The notes beneath the pieces are model-generated. The model was not told the DNA's origin. It saw nothing but the letters and a program-made list of their open reading frames with translations, and did no database searches. Both the position numbers and the translations under genes were made by a program. Of a DNA stretch of 64,000 bases, positions 1 through 11,085 are shown in pieces. Origin of the DNA: Epithemia pelagica (Eukaryota; Protista; Bacillariophyta); contig OX337241.1 of NCBI GenBank assembly GCA_946965045.2, positions 930,001 through 994,000 of the forward strand, in the 5' to 3' direction. Positions within the stretch are counted from its first letter, which is position 1. Every line of letters begins with the position of its first letter.

Positions 1-483
1 CTTAAGCCGTTCTTGCATCGCGTCTGTACATTGTCCGAACACAAGGCTGTACAGGCTTGCTCGAAAGTTTGCATACTCTTGCATCTTGGTACGATGATCC
101 TTGATGTTCAACTTCCAATGTTCAAACGCCACCTGATCATTTGGGTCAGGATCATTTGGTTCATCTGGGTCATCGAGTTCTAGCGTTTCTATCGCTGCTG
201 TGAAGTCACCTGGGTATTTCGTAAACGTTCTTCCAACGTAGTTCGCAATCTCCTTGGTAGTACGTATGTACTTATCGGGGGTTCTCTCCCCGTTGTAATC
301 GTAGATGTGGCCCGCCAACGCCTTCTCCCGTCCTTCAAAGCGATTTCTCTGAAACTGATTATTTCTTCGGCCTGTACGGAAGTGGTTACCTCTGCCACCT
401 CGGCCGGAGCGTGGACGGCCATTTCCACGGCCATTGCTTCCACCATCTCTTGGGGGAGAGGGAGCATTACTGTCACTCGACAT
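1..483 (-). CDS. gag: Copia-type Gag, N-terminal 161 codons (partial; absent from the ORF track because it has no stop in the window)
   Basis: Manual translation from ATG 483: MSSDSNAPSPPRDGGSNGRGNGRPRSGRGGRG...FEGREKALAGHIYDYNGERTPDKYIRTTKEIANYVGRTF...LYSLVFGQCTDAMQERLK. The RGG-rich head and the GHIYD / YIxTTKEI / GQCT motifs match diatom copia Gag as I recall it. Confidence 0.85.
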   Translation of the reverse strand, partial: MSSDSNAPSPPRDGGSNGRGNGRPRSGRGGRGNHFRTGRRNNQFQRNRFEGREKALAGHIYDYNGERTPDKYIRTTKEIANYVGRTFTKYPGDFTAAIETLELDDPDEPNDPDPNDQVAFEHWKLNIKDHRTKMQEYANFRASLYSLVFGQCTDAMQERLK

Positions 484-485
484 CG

Positions 486-499
486 CTCTATAGCGAAAA
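486..499 (-). promoter_or_regulatory. Primer-binding site, non-tRNA type (TTTTCGCTATAGAG), complementary to 566-579 inside the LTR
   Basis: Directly abuts the LTR end, lacks the TGG of a tRNA-CCA PBS, and forms a perfect 14 bp inverted repeat with 566-579. Confidence 0.7.
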
Positions 500-885
500 T
501 GTTGAAACCAATTGCTCAGCCTGCAGCCTATGCAATGGCACGCTTGTTTCTCCTTACAAACTTCGTTTTCGCTATAGAGTGAGCTCTCTCAGCTCGTCGT
601 TAATCTAGTCTTAGCTTGATCTTCTACGACCTTCTCCGATTAGAATGTCCCTGTAACTTCTTGTCGTGGTCATTCCAGAGGCATTAACACCGGCGTCTGA
701 TCCGGCCATGTCTTTTCCTTTCTTGTTATCTTGTGGTTGACTTGTGTCCCCATCTGTATTGCTACTGCCGTTCCAGTATGACTTCTTGTCTCCCTGGTGG
801 ACAAGTTTAGTCTTAGTCGTACTCGGCGTTGCTTCCGAATGACCAGCTTCCGAATCGTTCGTCCGTCGGTCCTCGTGCTTCAACA
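500..885 (-). repeat. 5' LTR (386 bp)
   Basis: Minus strand starts TGTTGAA (885) and ends TTCAACA (500): canonical TG...CA ends with a 7 bp terminal inverted repeat, 16 nt before the gag ATG. Confidence 0.8.
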
Positions 886-1005
886 GTTCTCTCATCTTTT
901 GCTCCAACGGAAACAAGTGTTTGGTAGCTCCCGTTCGTGTTGAAGACGGATCGGCATTGGAATTGATCACCCATGAGAAGGACGCAGAAAGCAATGTTTT
1001 GTGCT

Positions 1006-3186
1006 CTATTCCTCATCCAGGGCGGAAGTCGCTTTGGGGGGCGACTGCTGGTACGTTCCAGTCGTATGGTCGGACAGCGGTGTATCAAGGACGAGCGGAT
1101 TCAAGGCAATTTCCAACATGGTTTCCCACGACTGCAAGGCAATGGCATGTTCGGGTGAGACAATGGCAATGACGTGACCCGGTTTTCCAGCTCGTCCCGT
1201 CCGGCCAGCAATGTGTGTATATTCATTGGGTGTGGTGGGTCGTCCAACCATGAGCACGACATCCAATCCATCCAAATGCAATCCTCGAACCGAATCTTCT
1301 CCCGTAACCCACAAGACCGAATCATCATTGCCATTCTTCTTGGTGGTGGGTGACCCTGACGACGAAAACGATTCTCCAATGCCAGTCGCACCCGTCACTT
1401 GACGATGTCTTTCCATGAGCGGATCCGTCCCCGAATAGTCACCTCCCTGAAGGGCATCCAGCAAGGATTGGGGTTCCGGGCGACATTGAAAGTGTTTCAA
1501 GGCACCAACGACATTGTTGGTACTCATACCAAAGGATTTGCACAAAACGAGAAGCATTTTGAACGATGACTTGTTCTCTTGGTCGTTATGAGTTTTGCGG
1601 TGGCCCATGAGGTGTTGAATGACACGCAAGGCACCCGTCAAGAGTTTTCCTTCGGAACTTCCCGTCACGACATGGATCGAGTGTGTCACAGTATCAGGAA
1701 TGGTCACGGCCCGCCCAGTGGACGCTGCTGCTTCTTGTTGTCGTTGTTGTGTCTGTTGCGTTCCCACTTGTTTCCCAACCATCGAATCAGCATTGTCGTC
1801 TTCCAGAGTGTCATCTAGGGCTCGTACCACGGGTGGTCCTTGTTGCGGTTCGAGTCCCAAGACACGTGCCACTTCCCGTCGCAAGGGTCGTCCTACGGTG
1901 GCGCTGGCCGCCATGACTTGGGCCCGTCCCAAGGTGGATCGTGCCACCGCTGCCGTCAAGACAGCGGCTGGTTTTTCGTGTACATGACGTTGCTTGCCTC
2001 CCCGTTTGTGAGAGGCAGCCACGGGTAAGAGACGATCCACTTCGTCCAGGACCAACCATTGAATGGATTGCAAAAAGGTCATGGCCAAGGGTTTGGGAGT
2101 AGGTGCGGCTGGTTCTTTGCCATTGCCATAAAGGGAATGATGAATGGTTTTGGCACTACCGACAAAAATCCGGGGACCACCATGCTCCTCCAGGCCTTGG
2201 TACGCCGCTTCCCCACGATCCTTTTGTGACGACGACAAGAGATTGATCGGACGAGCCACCATTCGAACCGTGCCAGGAGGAGCCAAGGTGGTGGCAATCC
2301 CCGCCACTTGAGCTGCCAATTCTCGAGTGGGTGTCAAAATAAGAGCCAATGGGGGTTGTTCTTGGGATGGTTGCAACGATGTTGTGCCCCACAAGTGTTC
2401 GGTAATGGGTAAAAGGTAGGCCAAGCTTTTGCCCGACCCCGTTTCAGCATGGACAATCAACGATTCCCCTTGCATCAAGCGTGGCAAAGCCGCGGCTTGA
2501 ATGGAAGTGGGACGGACAAAGCCGGCACGCCCCAAGGCGGTCCCCGCCGCCACTGATAAGGGCCGTCCGGCAAACCGCGATACCACCGGAACATGGCGCT
2601 CTTCTTGTTTGTCTAGCATATCGTCACTGCCACCACCGAGCCATGGATCCGGTTCCAGGACACTTGTTGTTTGTTGTTGTTGTTGTTGTCGTTGCCAATC
2701 ATCTCGAGCCAATCTCCAGGCCAAATCAGGTTTGCGACCATTTTGAGGCAATCGCCGTTCTTTCAAGATTTCCTTGAGTGCATTGGCCGACTGTTGCAAA
2801 TATTGTTCCTGGGACCGTTGAATCGTTTCCATTTGTTCTTCGTCGTCGTCCAAGGGTTCATCGCTGTTCATGCCACTGACCGAGGTGAAATCCATACCGA
2901 GGCGTCTCGCGCGAGTTGGATCCAATCGTTGGAGTTTTTCCAAATGGGCAGCCGTTCGATCCAAGGCATCTTGAGAGGCACAATCTTTTTCATTGTACCA
3001 CAATCGGGTTCTTTGTCCGTACTGATGGAACGACACTCGTTGTTGTTGTCGAGGAAGGACCATCAAGGAGGAAACAACGACTGGGTGTCGCCATGCTGTC
3101 ACCAAAAGATGACACAACCCTACCGAGAGCCACCACGGAAATATCGCAACGGATGGCGGCGAGGAGGACGACCATGGTGACACCAT
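1006..3186 (-). CDS. DEAD-box RNA helicase with SAP-like N-terminal domain, possibly organelle-targeted
   Basis: Q motif GFVRPTSIQ, AETGSGKS, PTRELAAQV, DEVD, SAT, RGLH, HIAGRTGRAG. SAP-like LKEILKERRLPQNGRKPDLAWRL. The likely start is ATG 3186, not 3375. Confidence 0.9.
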   Translation of the reverse strand: MVSPWSSSSPPSVAIFPWWLSVGLCHLLVTAWRHPVVVSSLMVLPRQQQRVSFHQYGQRTRLWYNEKDCASQDALDRTAAHLEKLQRLDPTRARRLGMDFTSVSGMNSDEPLDDDEEQMETIQRSQEQYLQQSANALKEILKERRLPQNGRKPDLAWRLARDDWQRQQQQQQTTSVLEPDPWLGGGSDDMLDKQEERHVPVVSRFAGRPLSVAAGTALGRAGFVRPTSIQAAALPRLMQGESLIVHAETGSGKSLAYLLPITEHLWGTTSLQPSQEQPPLALILTPTRELAAQVAGIATTLAPPGTVRMVARPINLLSSSQKDRGEAAYQGLEEHGGPRIFVGSAKTIHHSLYGNGKEPAAPTPKPLAMTFLQSIQWLVLDEVDRLLPVAASHKRGGKQRHVHEKPAAVLTAAVARSTLGRAQVMAASATVGRPLRREVARVLGLEPQQGPPVVRALDDTLEDDNADSMVGKQVGTQQTQQRQQEAAASTGRAVTIPDTVTHSIHVVTGSSEGKLLTGALRVIQHLMGHRKTHNDQENKSSFKMLLVLCKSFGMSTNNVVGALKHFQCRPEPQSLLDALQGGDYSGTDPLMERHRQVTGATGIGESFSSSGSPTTKKNGNDDSVLWVTGEDSVRGLHLDGLDVVLMVGRPTTPNEYTHIAGRTGRAGKPGHVIAIVSPEHAIALQSWETMLEIALNPLVLDTPLSDHTTGTYQQSPPKATSALDEE

Positions 3187-3648
3187 TCTTTCGGAACCGA
3201 TTTGGAACTTTTCTGGATCTGATGGATGGGTGTGGGAGCGGTCGCGTTTGGGTTCGGTTTTGTTTTCCTTCAAATTTTTTAACATTTGAATTTTAAAACT
3301 TACCACAAACGGTACTGGTGGTGGTGGTGGAGGTGGAGGTGCACCAAGCACCAACGCTGCCATACTCACAGACAAACAGACACACCAAGATACGTCAACT
3401 CTTGTACGAGACGCGCAAAATTATCCGATATCCACCACAACGAGATTTGCATTCGGTTGGTGTCATCACTCAATCCATATATTGTATCCTTCGCATTCCT
3501 AATCCTTTTGAAAGCAGTTGTTCAAAATGTAAGCCTTTGTTACGATTCGACATTCCAATATCATCATGGATGTGGAAGCATTTAATCTCCATAATGCCAT
3601 GCGGCAAAGGATTTTGGTCGTTTGGATCGTGAAAGGTCATGTCACACA

Positions 3649-4846
3649 ATGACCGGTGACTCGAGTCTTTTTGTGGTGAAACTGGAGGAGCAACAAGTGA
3701 GCATGCCAATACGGTCTTTCTTTTCTTTTTTCTGACACATCCATCGTTTGTTGCACACAGGTCTCTTCCCAAGGTGTACTTTGATATGACCATTGGTGGC
3801 AAGCCGGCGGTAGGTATTGTCGTTTTGATCGTGGATCCCATTCCAGAAAGAACGTGTTGTCTCTCTGACCCTCGACTCATCTCTCTCTGTCATTTGTTGC
3901 TGCTGTTCTTGGTTGAAATGAAATGATTCCATTTTCAATCCGAATATAGGGCCGTGTCGTTATGGAGCTTCGCTCGGATGTAAGTTTCCTCGTGTGCACT
4001 CACAACAACAAACGAGAAGCCACCGAAAGTGCAGCGCGGACTTTCGACATAATGTTGTTTCTCATGCATTTGTTTTCTCTCTGCTTTTGCATTGCCATTT
4101 TGTTGGTTCTGGAATATCGAATATCTTATTCTGTAACTATAGGTTGTTCCCAAGACGGCCGAAAACTTTCGAGCCTTGTGCACTGGCGAAAAGGGCTTTG
4201 GCTACAAGGGATCCACCTTTCATCGTGTGATCCCTGACTTTATGTGTCAAGGAGGAGATTTCACCAATCACAATGGTACCGGTGGAAAATCCATTTATGG
4301 ACACAAGTTCCCCGATGAAAACTTTCAACTCAAACATCAAGGAGAAGGCATTCTCTCCATGGCCAACTCGGGAGTACGTAGGAGTGGAGAGACAGACATA
4401 TCTCTATTGCTGTTGTTGGCCACAGTGGTATTGGAATCGTCTCTGGAGCATTGTTCTCACATTTGAGCGTCTCTTTGTTCGTGTTTTCAGCCCAACACCA
4501 ATGGATCGCAATTCTTTATCTGCACCGTTCAAACTTCCTGGTTGGATGGCAAGCATGGTACGTTTGGTTTGTTCGTTGGACGAGAGATTCTCTGGTGTTG
4601 ATTGTATCATTTTTGCTGACGCTCTTTTTTTTCTCTCGTGTGATTTTGGGTGCCGTGGTGGTTCTTCCATCCCATGTCTCGGATCATATGTGGTGGTCCT
4701 GTCGTCGTTTGGTTGGTTCCCTTATAACAGTCGTGTTTGGATCGGTCGTGGAAGGTATGGATGTGATCCGCGCCATTGAAAGGGTTGGATCTCGTGGAGG
4801 TCCCACTTCGGTTCCCGTCGTTGTGGCCGATTGCGGTCAGCTCTAG
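3649..4846 (+). CDS. CYP: Cyclophilin-type peptidyl-prolyl isomerase, multi-exon
   Basis: Exons about 3761-3809, 3950-3979, 4143-4373, 4491-4557 and 4731-4846 with GT-AG introns splice to [40 protein letters not shown]...[16 protein letters not shown]...[28 protein letters not shown]. The first exon is uncertain (ATG 3649 is a candidate). Confidence 0.95.
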
Positions 4847-5191
4847 AGAGCGGAAACCAAAACTGGATGGGACACCACCACAAAGTTGGTACAAAAACGC
4901 GCAAGATGGTAACAGCCCCGGTAGACAAAGAGATATTCTTTTGGTAACGACCAGAGAAAAGATACGGACACATTAGCATATCGTAACAAAGTAGCAACAA
5001 GGGGCATTGCAGATAGGAATTAGGTAGGACCCTCCGCGTCGAGTGCATGACAAACGAGAAGACATGGCAGCATCCATCATACAGTTTACTATACGCCGGG
5101 GTTACATAGAACATGATGCTTCAATCACACAAACTCTACGTCCTAAAGTGAAAACAAAAAGGAACTCTCCTTTCTTCTCGTATTCGTATTT

Positions 5192-7081
5192 TCATCGCTC
5201 TGGGCTGTTGGACACTTCTCCATCCAAAATGTTTTTGTTCAGGCCGGCAGTGGCTGGATGATTAGTATATTGATGACGAATCCACACGGAATCGTAGACG
5301 GTCAATCCACCACCATTCTTTGGTTCGGCAATGCCGTCACGGACCCAGGTAATTTTGGCATGGGTCGCATTGGGCAAAAAGACATGACCGTAGCCATACT
5401 CACTATTGTCGCGTTTGGCCACCCACGATTCCGGGTGACGGTTTCGAAAGCCACGGGCATGATGTTCCCGATTCCCACCGGCTCCCAACGTCAAGTAAAT
5501 GGGAGCACGACCACTGGGAACCACACTCCCATTGTACATTGGGTACGTTCTCATGTCTACAACAGACAACATATACGACAGTGACACAAACGAAACACAC
5601 AGGAAGTGAGACCAAGACAGGATACAAGCATGCAAGACCGCTGCTCCACTACAATGATAAAAAATAAAAGGAGCCGAGTCCACCGGGAACTTACATGCAT
5701 GGTCATGGCCCGAAATGATAAAATTGACATTGTACTGGACAAACAAGTGTTCCATGTAACGTCGCATCCGAATGGATTGTCCTTCATTGACATGTCCCAA
5801 AAAGGTCGTATACAAGGGACTGTGAAAGGCGACAATCAACCAGGGAAATTGTTCGCTGTCGTGGTGTTGGAGTTCCCCTTCCAACCATTTGTATTGGGTG
5901 GAATTGGATCGCGTGTCGGTATACGAATTCAAAACAATAATCTTGGCCAATCCATGTGTATACGAGTAAAAGGAATTGCCATGCAGGTAATGTCCTTCAA
6001 AATCACTGGGACTGGAACATTCACCATGCCACAAGGTTTTGCGATAGTCATCCGTCACGGGCCACATGGTGGCATTTCCCAACCGATTGGGAACACGAAA
6101 GTAGTGTTCGTAGGGAACAAAAATGTCTCGAGTCTCGGTATCGCATTCAATTTCGTGATTTCCCACTGCAACCTGCAACAGTGTGGAACGAAGGAGGGGT
6201 TCCATGAGAGCAAACCAAGATGGCCATCGCAAGGCATCCGAGTCGGCATAGCTCATGTCGCCGACAATCAAGAGTTGCGTCACTGGATTTTGCACAAACT
6301 TGTTTTCCGTGCTCGCCGCTCGCCAAATATGCGCCATGGTCTTGGTACTGTTTTCCGTCTGACCCAAGTCTCCCAACAGCGCCAAGGTTGTGGCTTGCCC
6401 CGGTAGGGGAGGAGTCCAAAACGTGGAAACCCTCGTCTCGGTTCGTCGACTCTGACAAGAAGCACTGCCACCAATGGAGGTGGGGTATCGAAGTCCATAG
6501 CGTAGCGGTTGATCGTCTTTGTGGGAACAGCGATGCGATTGTACCACAATTTCATACCAGTACTTTCGATTGCCTGCCTGGAGATTCGGCACCAGGACAT
6601 GAAAAATGTAATCGCTATGAAATTGGGGTGTTTCCTTGGAGGTGTAATTGAACTGAAGAGGTACTGTTCCTTCTACGACGCCCTCGGGAAAGGCTCCTTG
6701 TCCATACACAACTTGCGGTTTGGCCTGACCACAAGAATCGAAATCCAGCATGAACGAGACTGTCACATTCACTGTTCCATCACTGGACTCCACGTTGCTG
6801 GCCTGCGACAAATGAATCCCTCTAGGAAGGCAATCCGCTGCCGACCGTTTTGCCGTTTGTGCCGAATCGTATAACGAAGAGGGGAAGGCACTTTTGGCAA
6901 TTTGCTCGGGGCTGCCATGATTCTCATTCTTCTGGCTACGGATGGACAATGATTGGTTGGGGCCCGTCCCACGAATCTGTCGAATCTGCACCACGACATG
7001 CAACAGGGCGACAAGAATCACCACCAAGCACAACAACGGGATCTTGTCCCGGATCGAGTGTCGCTTTGACTTATTCAGCAT
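5192..7081 (-). CDS. Purple acid phosphatase (metallophosphoesterase) with N-terminal membrane anchor
   Basis: GDLG, GDMSY, GNHE, FHSPLY and GHDH motifs. An in-frame intron at 5557-5694 restores GHDHAYMRTYP. Confidence 0.92.
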   Translation of the reverse strand: MLNKSKRHSIRDKIPLLCLVVILVALLHVVVQIRQIRGTGPNQSLSIRSQKNENHGSPEQIAKSAFPSSLYDSAQTAKRSAADCLPRGIHLSQASNVESSDGTVNVTVSFMLDFDSCGQAKPQVVYGQGAFPEGVVEGTVPLQFNYTSKETPQFHSDYIFHVLVPNLQAGNRKYWYEIVVQSHRCSHKDDQPLRYGLRYPTSIGGSASCQSRRTETRVSTFWTPPLPGQATTLALLGDLGQTENSTKTMAHIWRAASTENKFVQNPVTQLLIVGDMSYADSDALRWPSWFALMEPLLRSTLLQVAVGNHEIECDTETRDIFVPYEHYFRVPNRLGNATMWPVTDDYRKTLWHGECSSPSDFEGHYLHGNSFYSYTHGLAKIIVLNSYTDTRSNSTQYKWLEGELQHHDSEQFPWLIVAFHSPLYTTFLGHVNEGQSIRMRRYMEHLFVQYNVNFIISGHDHACKFPVDSAPFIFYHCSGAAVLHACILSWSHFLCVSFVSLSYMLSVVDMRTYPMYNGSVVPSGRAPIYLTLGAGGNREHHARGFRNRHPESWVAKRDNSEYGYGHVFLPNATHAKITWVRDGIAEPKNGGGLTVYDSVWIRHQYTNHPATAGLNKNILDGEVSNSPER

Positions 7082-7635
7082 GATGATGATCTGGTTCGAG
7101 CGATCTTGATGGATACAACAGACTTGTTTGAAACGGGATGATGTTGTGGTTTAGAGAGTGTCGGAAAAGAGAATATCTCGAATCTTGACTCAGAACGTGC
7201 GTGCGCGAGTGTGTCTGGGCGGCTAGCTATCTCTTTGACGTGAGCTATGACCCGAGAAAGCAGTCCTCTTAGCTAGGAGTATCCTCCTTCGGGTGAGACT
7301 ATGAACGACTTCCCACCCATGTGGACGGCACGGTGACGTTCAAAGGCGCATTGAATTCCAGAAAAGACAGGTGAATAGAATATGTCATTGGAATGAATCA
7401 ATTAGTGATACAAATTGTGCTAGACGAAAGAAAAAAGAAAAGTCCGAACGCGGTAAAAGGCTCCATGGACACCACAGACCCTTCTCGTCCCGCTGAAGGA
7501 ATGGCATAAGCACTCTCCCACAACAAACAAGAGGACAAGGAGCTGATGGATCCCACTAGTCACACGCACACATGCTACAACCACGAAACCTTCCCGTCAC
7601 GTTCATCCTTTTTTGTCACGCAGCAGTGACTTATA

Positions 7636-8415
7636 TTATGGATGTGGTGGCTCTTCTGTATATTGTGAATAATCCGTGGCATGTTGAGATGCGTCTTCTG
7701 TGGTATGATTGGCCTTGCCTGCGCGTCGTTGTTTTTGCGCATGATGATGTTTCGTATCCACAGGTGCCACCACCATTTCGCCCTTGAAGTGAAAGAGCAT
7801 CAAGGCAAAGAGGGCCAACACCAAAAACAGACCAAAGCCTAAATTGGCAAACACTCGATTCGTCTGTGGATTGCCATGCGAATACCAAAAGAAGGTACCC
7901 GTCAAGATAAAGTTTTGATTGGCCAGGACTACCAATACACCCATAAAGAAGCCAATCGAAAAGGACGTGGGAAATCGCTTCAATACGAATGTTCCCAAAA
8001 TACCCAGCACCATATGTATAACTCCAGTAAACACAGCCGCTATCATCACCGCCCGAGAACCATCCGACGATTTAAGGTTGACCACTGAACAAAATAAAAT
8101 TCCATCCAACGCCACAAGAGAGACAAGAATACTTGAGTCAGCGACCTTCTTCCTTTTTTGCACTGTAACAGAGCAGCAGAGAATTGTTGAACAGAGAGGA
8201 CCAATACAATAGGACTTACTCTCAATTACCGCCACCACAAAGAACACGACTAATAGAATCAACGTCAAACCCCACGCTCGATGAATGGATGATTTTGGAT
8301 CGTCGGAGCATGATCGAAACAATCTAGTCAAGATGCTGTTGGTTGTGGCCTGTCCATAGTAGGACGCACCATCAGTCTCCGTCACCACACTGGCTGTAGA
8401 AGTGACTTTCGGCAT
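7636..8415 (-). CDS. Multi-pass membrane protein of unknown function
   Basis: 4-5 hydrophobic helices, first ATG at 8415, probable intron about 8085-8219 (GTAAGT...TTCAG). Confidence 0.7.
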   Translation of the reverse strand: MPKVTSTASVVTETDGASYYGQATTNSILTRLFRSCSDDPKSSIHRAWGLTLILLVVFFVVAVIESKSYCIGPLCSTILCCSVTVQKRKKVADSSILVSLVALDGILFCSVVNLKSSDGSRAVMIAAVFTGVIHMVLGILGTFVLKRFPTSFSIGFFMGVLVVLANQNFILTGTFFWYSHGNPQTNRVFANLGFGLFLVLALFALMLFHFKGEMVVAPVDTKHHHAQKQRRAGKANHTTEDASQHATDYSQYTEEPPHP

Positions 8416-8848
8416 CCTTGACAACTCTTTCGGTGGTGAACCAAGATTGCTACGCTGTTCAAGGAGGCTGCCGTTGGAGCTGTTGCTACGTTTGCGATGC
8501 CCTCTTCTACCACACCTTCCCAAATGACTCTTTCAATGTGTGAATTGAACTAGAGCAATGAAAGGTGAGGAGAAGCAGCACAAAGTCGAATGGTGACTTG
8601 CCGACTTCCCGTTTCCCAGTGTGTCTGTCTCGACTTCCAAGTCTCTCGTCTTGAATTCTTGTTGATGCAAGCCAAGAAGGAGAGGGAAACGGAAAAGAGT
8701 CGTTCGGTTATAACAGCGTTGAAAGGTTCACACCGCAGCACCATCCACACAATGACAGATCTTTACTAACGAACCGTAAAATGAGTCCAACGCCAGCTTT
8801 CGAAGACGCGGCCTCCTCGGAAAAGAGTTAATTTTCTATTATAGAATG

Positions 8849-10559
8849 CAGTATGAGGTCTTGATCCCGTTGAAGCGCCGACCGACCGCTATTCTTGGGA
8901 GAGAACGCCCAGCTGCCCCATTTTCAAAAACTAGAAGAATCATGCTCCTCTTTCTCCGAGAAGTACCACATGACTAATGACTATGGTTAAGCCAAAGTCT
9001 GCACCTGTACGTTCTGAACATGAGGAAATAACTAAGCACGTATTAGAAGTAGCATATTTGGTGCGGCGAATCCACAACAACGCGGTAGAGTCCTTCGCTG
9101 TTGGCATCTTGTCATTTCAGCTCTACAGTTGGCTCGCCTAGAAACGCGGTTCACGGTCAGATTGCTCCGAAGGTTACACTGTATTTGTACCTACCAACAC
9201 GACGTTGAACAGATTGGGTGCAGCAACCTTCTCAAAGCTAACCAGCGCTCCCTACAAGTCACATCTCAATGCTATTCTTTCATACCATGTCCTGGCATAA
9301 CAGTTGAGGCTGGTGCCATTCTGGAGGCTGGCAGACTCCGCGCGAAAACTCTCCAGGGTGAGGGCAGGTTTGAATCATCGAAAGCGCCAGAGTCGCGGAC
9401 GTTCGGGCATCTAATGAAATCGTCCAGGTTGCTAATAATGTTCTTTAACCAGACTTCGTATTTAAGTAAAGCCGCATGTTGATATTGGAAAGGAATCTGG
9501 ACTTAATTCATTGCTGAGTCCCCTGCCCGAAATTGAAAGCTTGAATGAAAGTTTCCTTGTAGCTGCGGTTGTGCTGCATCGGTTGCTCTTGATAAATGAC
9601 CCTCCTATAGCGGGGGACCCTTATTGTATGTTTATCAATTCGTTTTCTCGACCCGCCGACGTTTGGGCGAGTTCTCGGGGAAAAATTCACTGTACACCAC
9701 CGATATTTCACGATCATCACTCAGTTGATTCCAATGTATGTCAAATGCTTCATGTTCGCCATCTTCAACAGGCGAAATTCGAATAGATTCCCAGTTCTTG
9801 CAGCGTGCATAGCCGGTGAGGTTGTAACTTCCATAAACAGAGTGTTGTGTGGTAACAAGCGTTTTTTCATGCATGGAGGACAAGCCGTGTGGACAACACC
9901 TGCCCCCAGAAGTGTCCATTGTATCCGCTACTCTTATTTCAATTGCATTGAACAACTGATAACTCTGATACCGTTTGTTGTATTCGAGAAATTTCGAAAT
10001 AGCTCGGACGGAATTCTTAGTTTCATGAAGAGTCTTCGGGTCCTTGCTGACGTAGTCGATGATGATGCGTATTTGATGGCTGGTGGCGTAATGAAATATC
10101 AGATCAAATGCAAAGAAATCTGTGATACGGTATCCCTTCATTCGAATCACCGACATTGGGGGCGCTTGATCAAACACAGCAGCAATCGCCCGTAAAGGGT
10201 GATGTTCTGGTACGTCGCTAACACTCTTGTCGAATGGACGGGGCACTGTTCGGTAGAAGGTTTTTGTCTTGAGATCAATTCCGTTCTTTAGCGTCGCCAT
10301 GCGCTGATCAAACCACCCATAGCCTTGGTATTCCTCCGGTACCATTACATTGTTGTCCCAGTCTACATCCACTTCCGCGGCGGATGACTCACTGGACCGA
10401 TTCGGGGTGTACTTATGGGATATCCCTTCGGCATCCAAGCCATCCTCTTGGTCGATTGCACTGTAGTCGATTTCTTCCACTTCTTCTCCCATGGTGCCAT
10501 CGCAAACATTCGTCGCCATTAGGCAGAGTCCACCCGTTATGGGAAGGGAGCACTCCAGA
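8849..10559. repeat. Copy 1 of a 1.7 kb direct duplication (copy 2 at 19897-21588)
   Basis: Identical ends CAGTATGAGG...CACTCCAGA. By eye about 8 substitutions plus a 19 bp insertion near 9137 in this copy. Confidence 0.97.
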
Positions 10560-10917
10560 ATCACCGTCCCTTCATTGGGATCCTTGGTCTTATCGGTGGG
10601 CAAGTAAATACCCGACGCCGTTTGGACTTCTTTCGGTGCCCGTTTTACCAAAACGCGATCGCCCAAAGGAGCCAAACTACGAAACAAGGCCTGTTGAAGA
10701 AATCATACAAACAGCACCAGCTTCAGTGAGACGGCAAAGCAAAGCAAAGCGAACCACGAGACACAAAGATCCAAAAGATACACTCGCAATCAATGGCCTG
10801 ATGATGAAACAGTCTCGATTCCAAAACGACCCTGATCCTCTATGCCCTCTCTATCGTTGAAAACCCTACAGAATGAACATTCAAAGGCAATGGCAGACTT
10901 ACGCGTGTTCTAAACAT
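9635..10917 (-). CDS. Chimeric ORF: mitochondrial chaperonin-10 N-terminus fused in frame to a PLD/Nuc-like nuclease (356 aa)
   Basis: Exon 1 10903-10917 (MFRTR), intron 10691-10902 (GTAAGT...CAACAG), then ALFRSLAPLGDRVLVKRAPKEVQTASGIYLP..DPNEGTVI (GroES signature). At 10559 it joins the duplicated segment encoding HEKTLVTTQHSVYGSYN. Confidence 0.8.
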
Positions 10918-11085
10918 GGTGACGGCGGATTCACAGTCGACGCAGAAAGAGTTCAATGAATGGAAAAGATGGAATGATGCAAGACGAAATCCAGACCCAC
11001 CGTAGGCAGACGGACAGACGGTGCTGAATTCGTCTGAGTTCAGTATGAACGGGACGGGTGGGCCGTAAGGCTTGGGGTCTGGGGT

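Larger units (their letters stand above)
1..885 (-). mobile_element. Ty1/copia LTR retrotransposon (CoDi-like), 5' end; continues off the left edge of the window
   Basis: 386 bp LTR followed by a gag-like ORF open to the window edge. Only one LTR is visible, so the TSD cannot be confirmed (the outer 5 bp flank reads AGAAC on the minus strand). Confidence 0.85.

Noticed and set aside
611-994. 127 aa ORF near the left edge
   Set aside because: Lies mostly within the LTR and begins at a non-ATG codon; no domain.
1847-1857. GGTTCGAGTCC resembling a tRNA T-arm / B box
   Set aside because: Inside the helicase CDS, with no cloverleaf or A box.
5606-6406. Long antisense ORFs (also 45501-46226, 53785-54462, 55690-56571)
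   Set aside because: Shadows of real genes on the opposite strand, with no motifs.
8849-10559. Duplicated segment as a Helitron or retrocopy
   Set aside because: It starts with TC on the minus strand but has no CTRR end in both copies, no A^T target, no convincing 3' hairpin, and no poly(A) or TSD.
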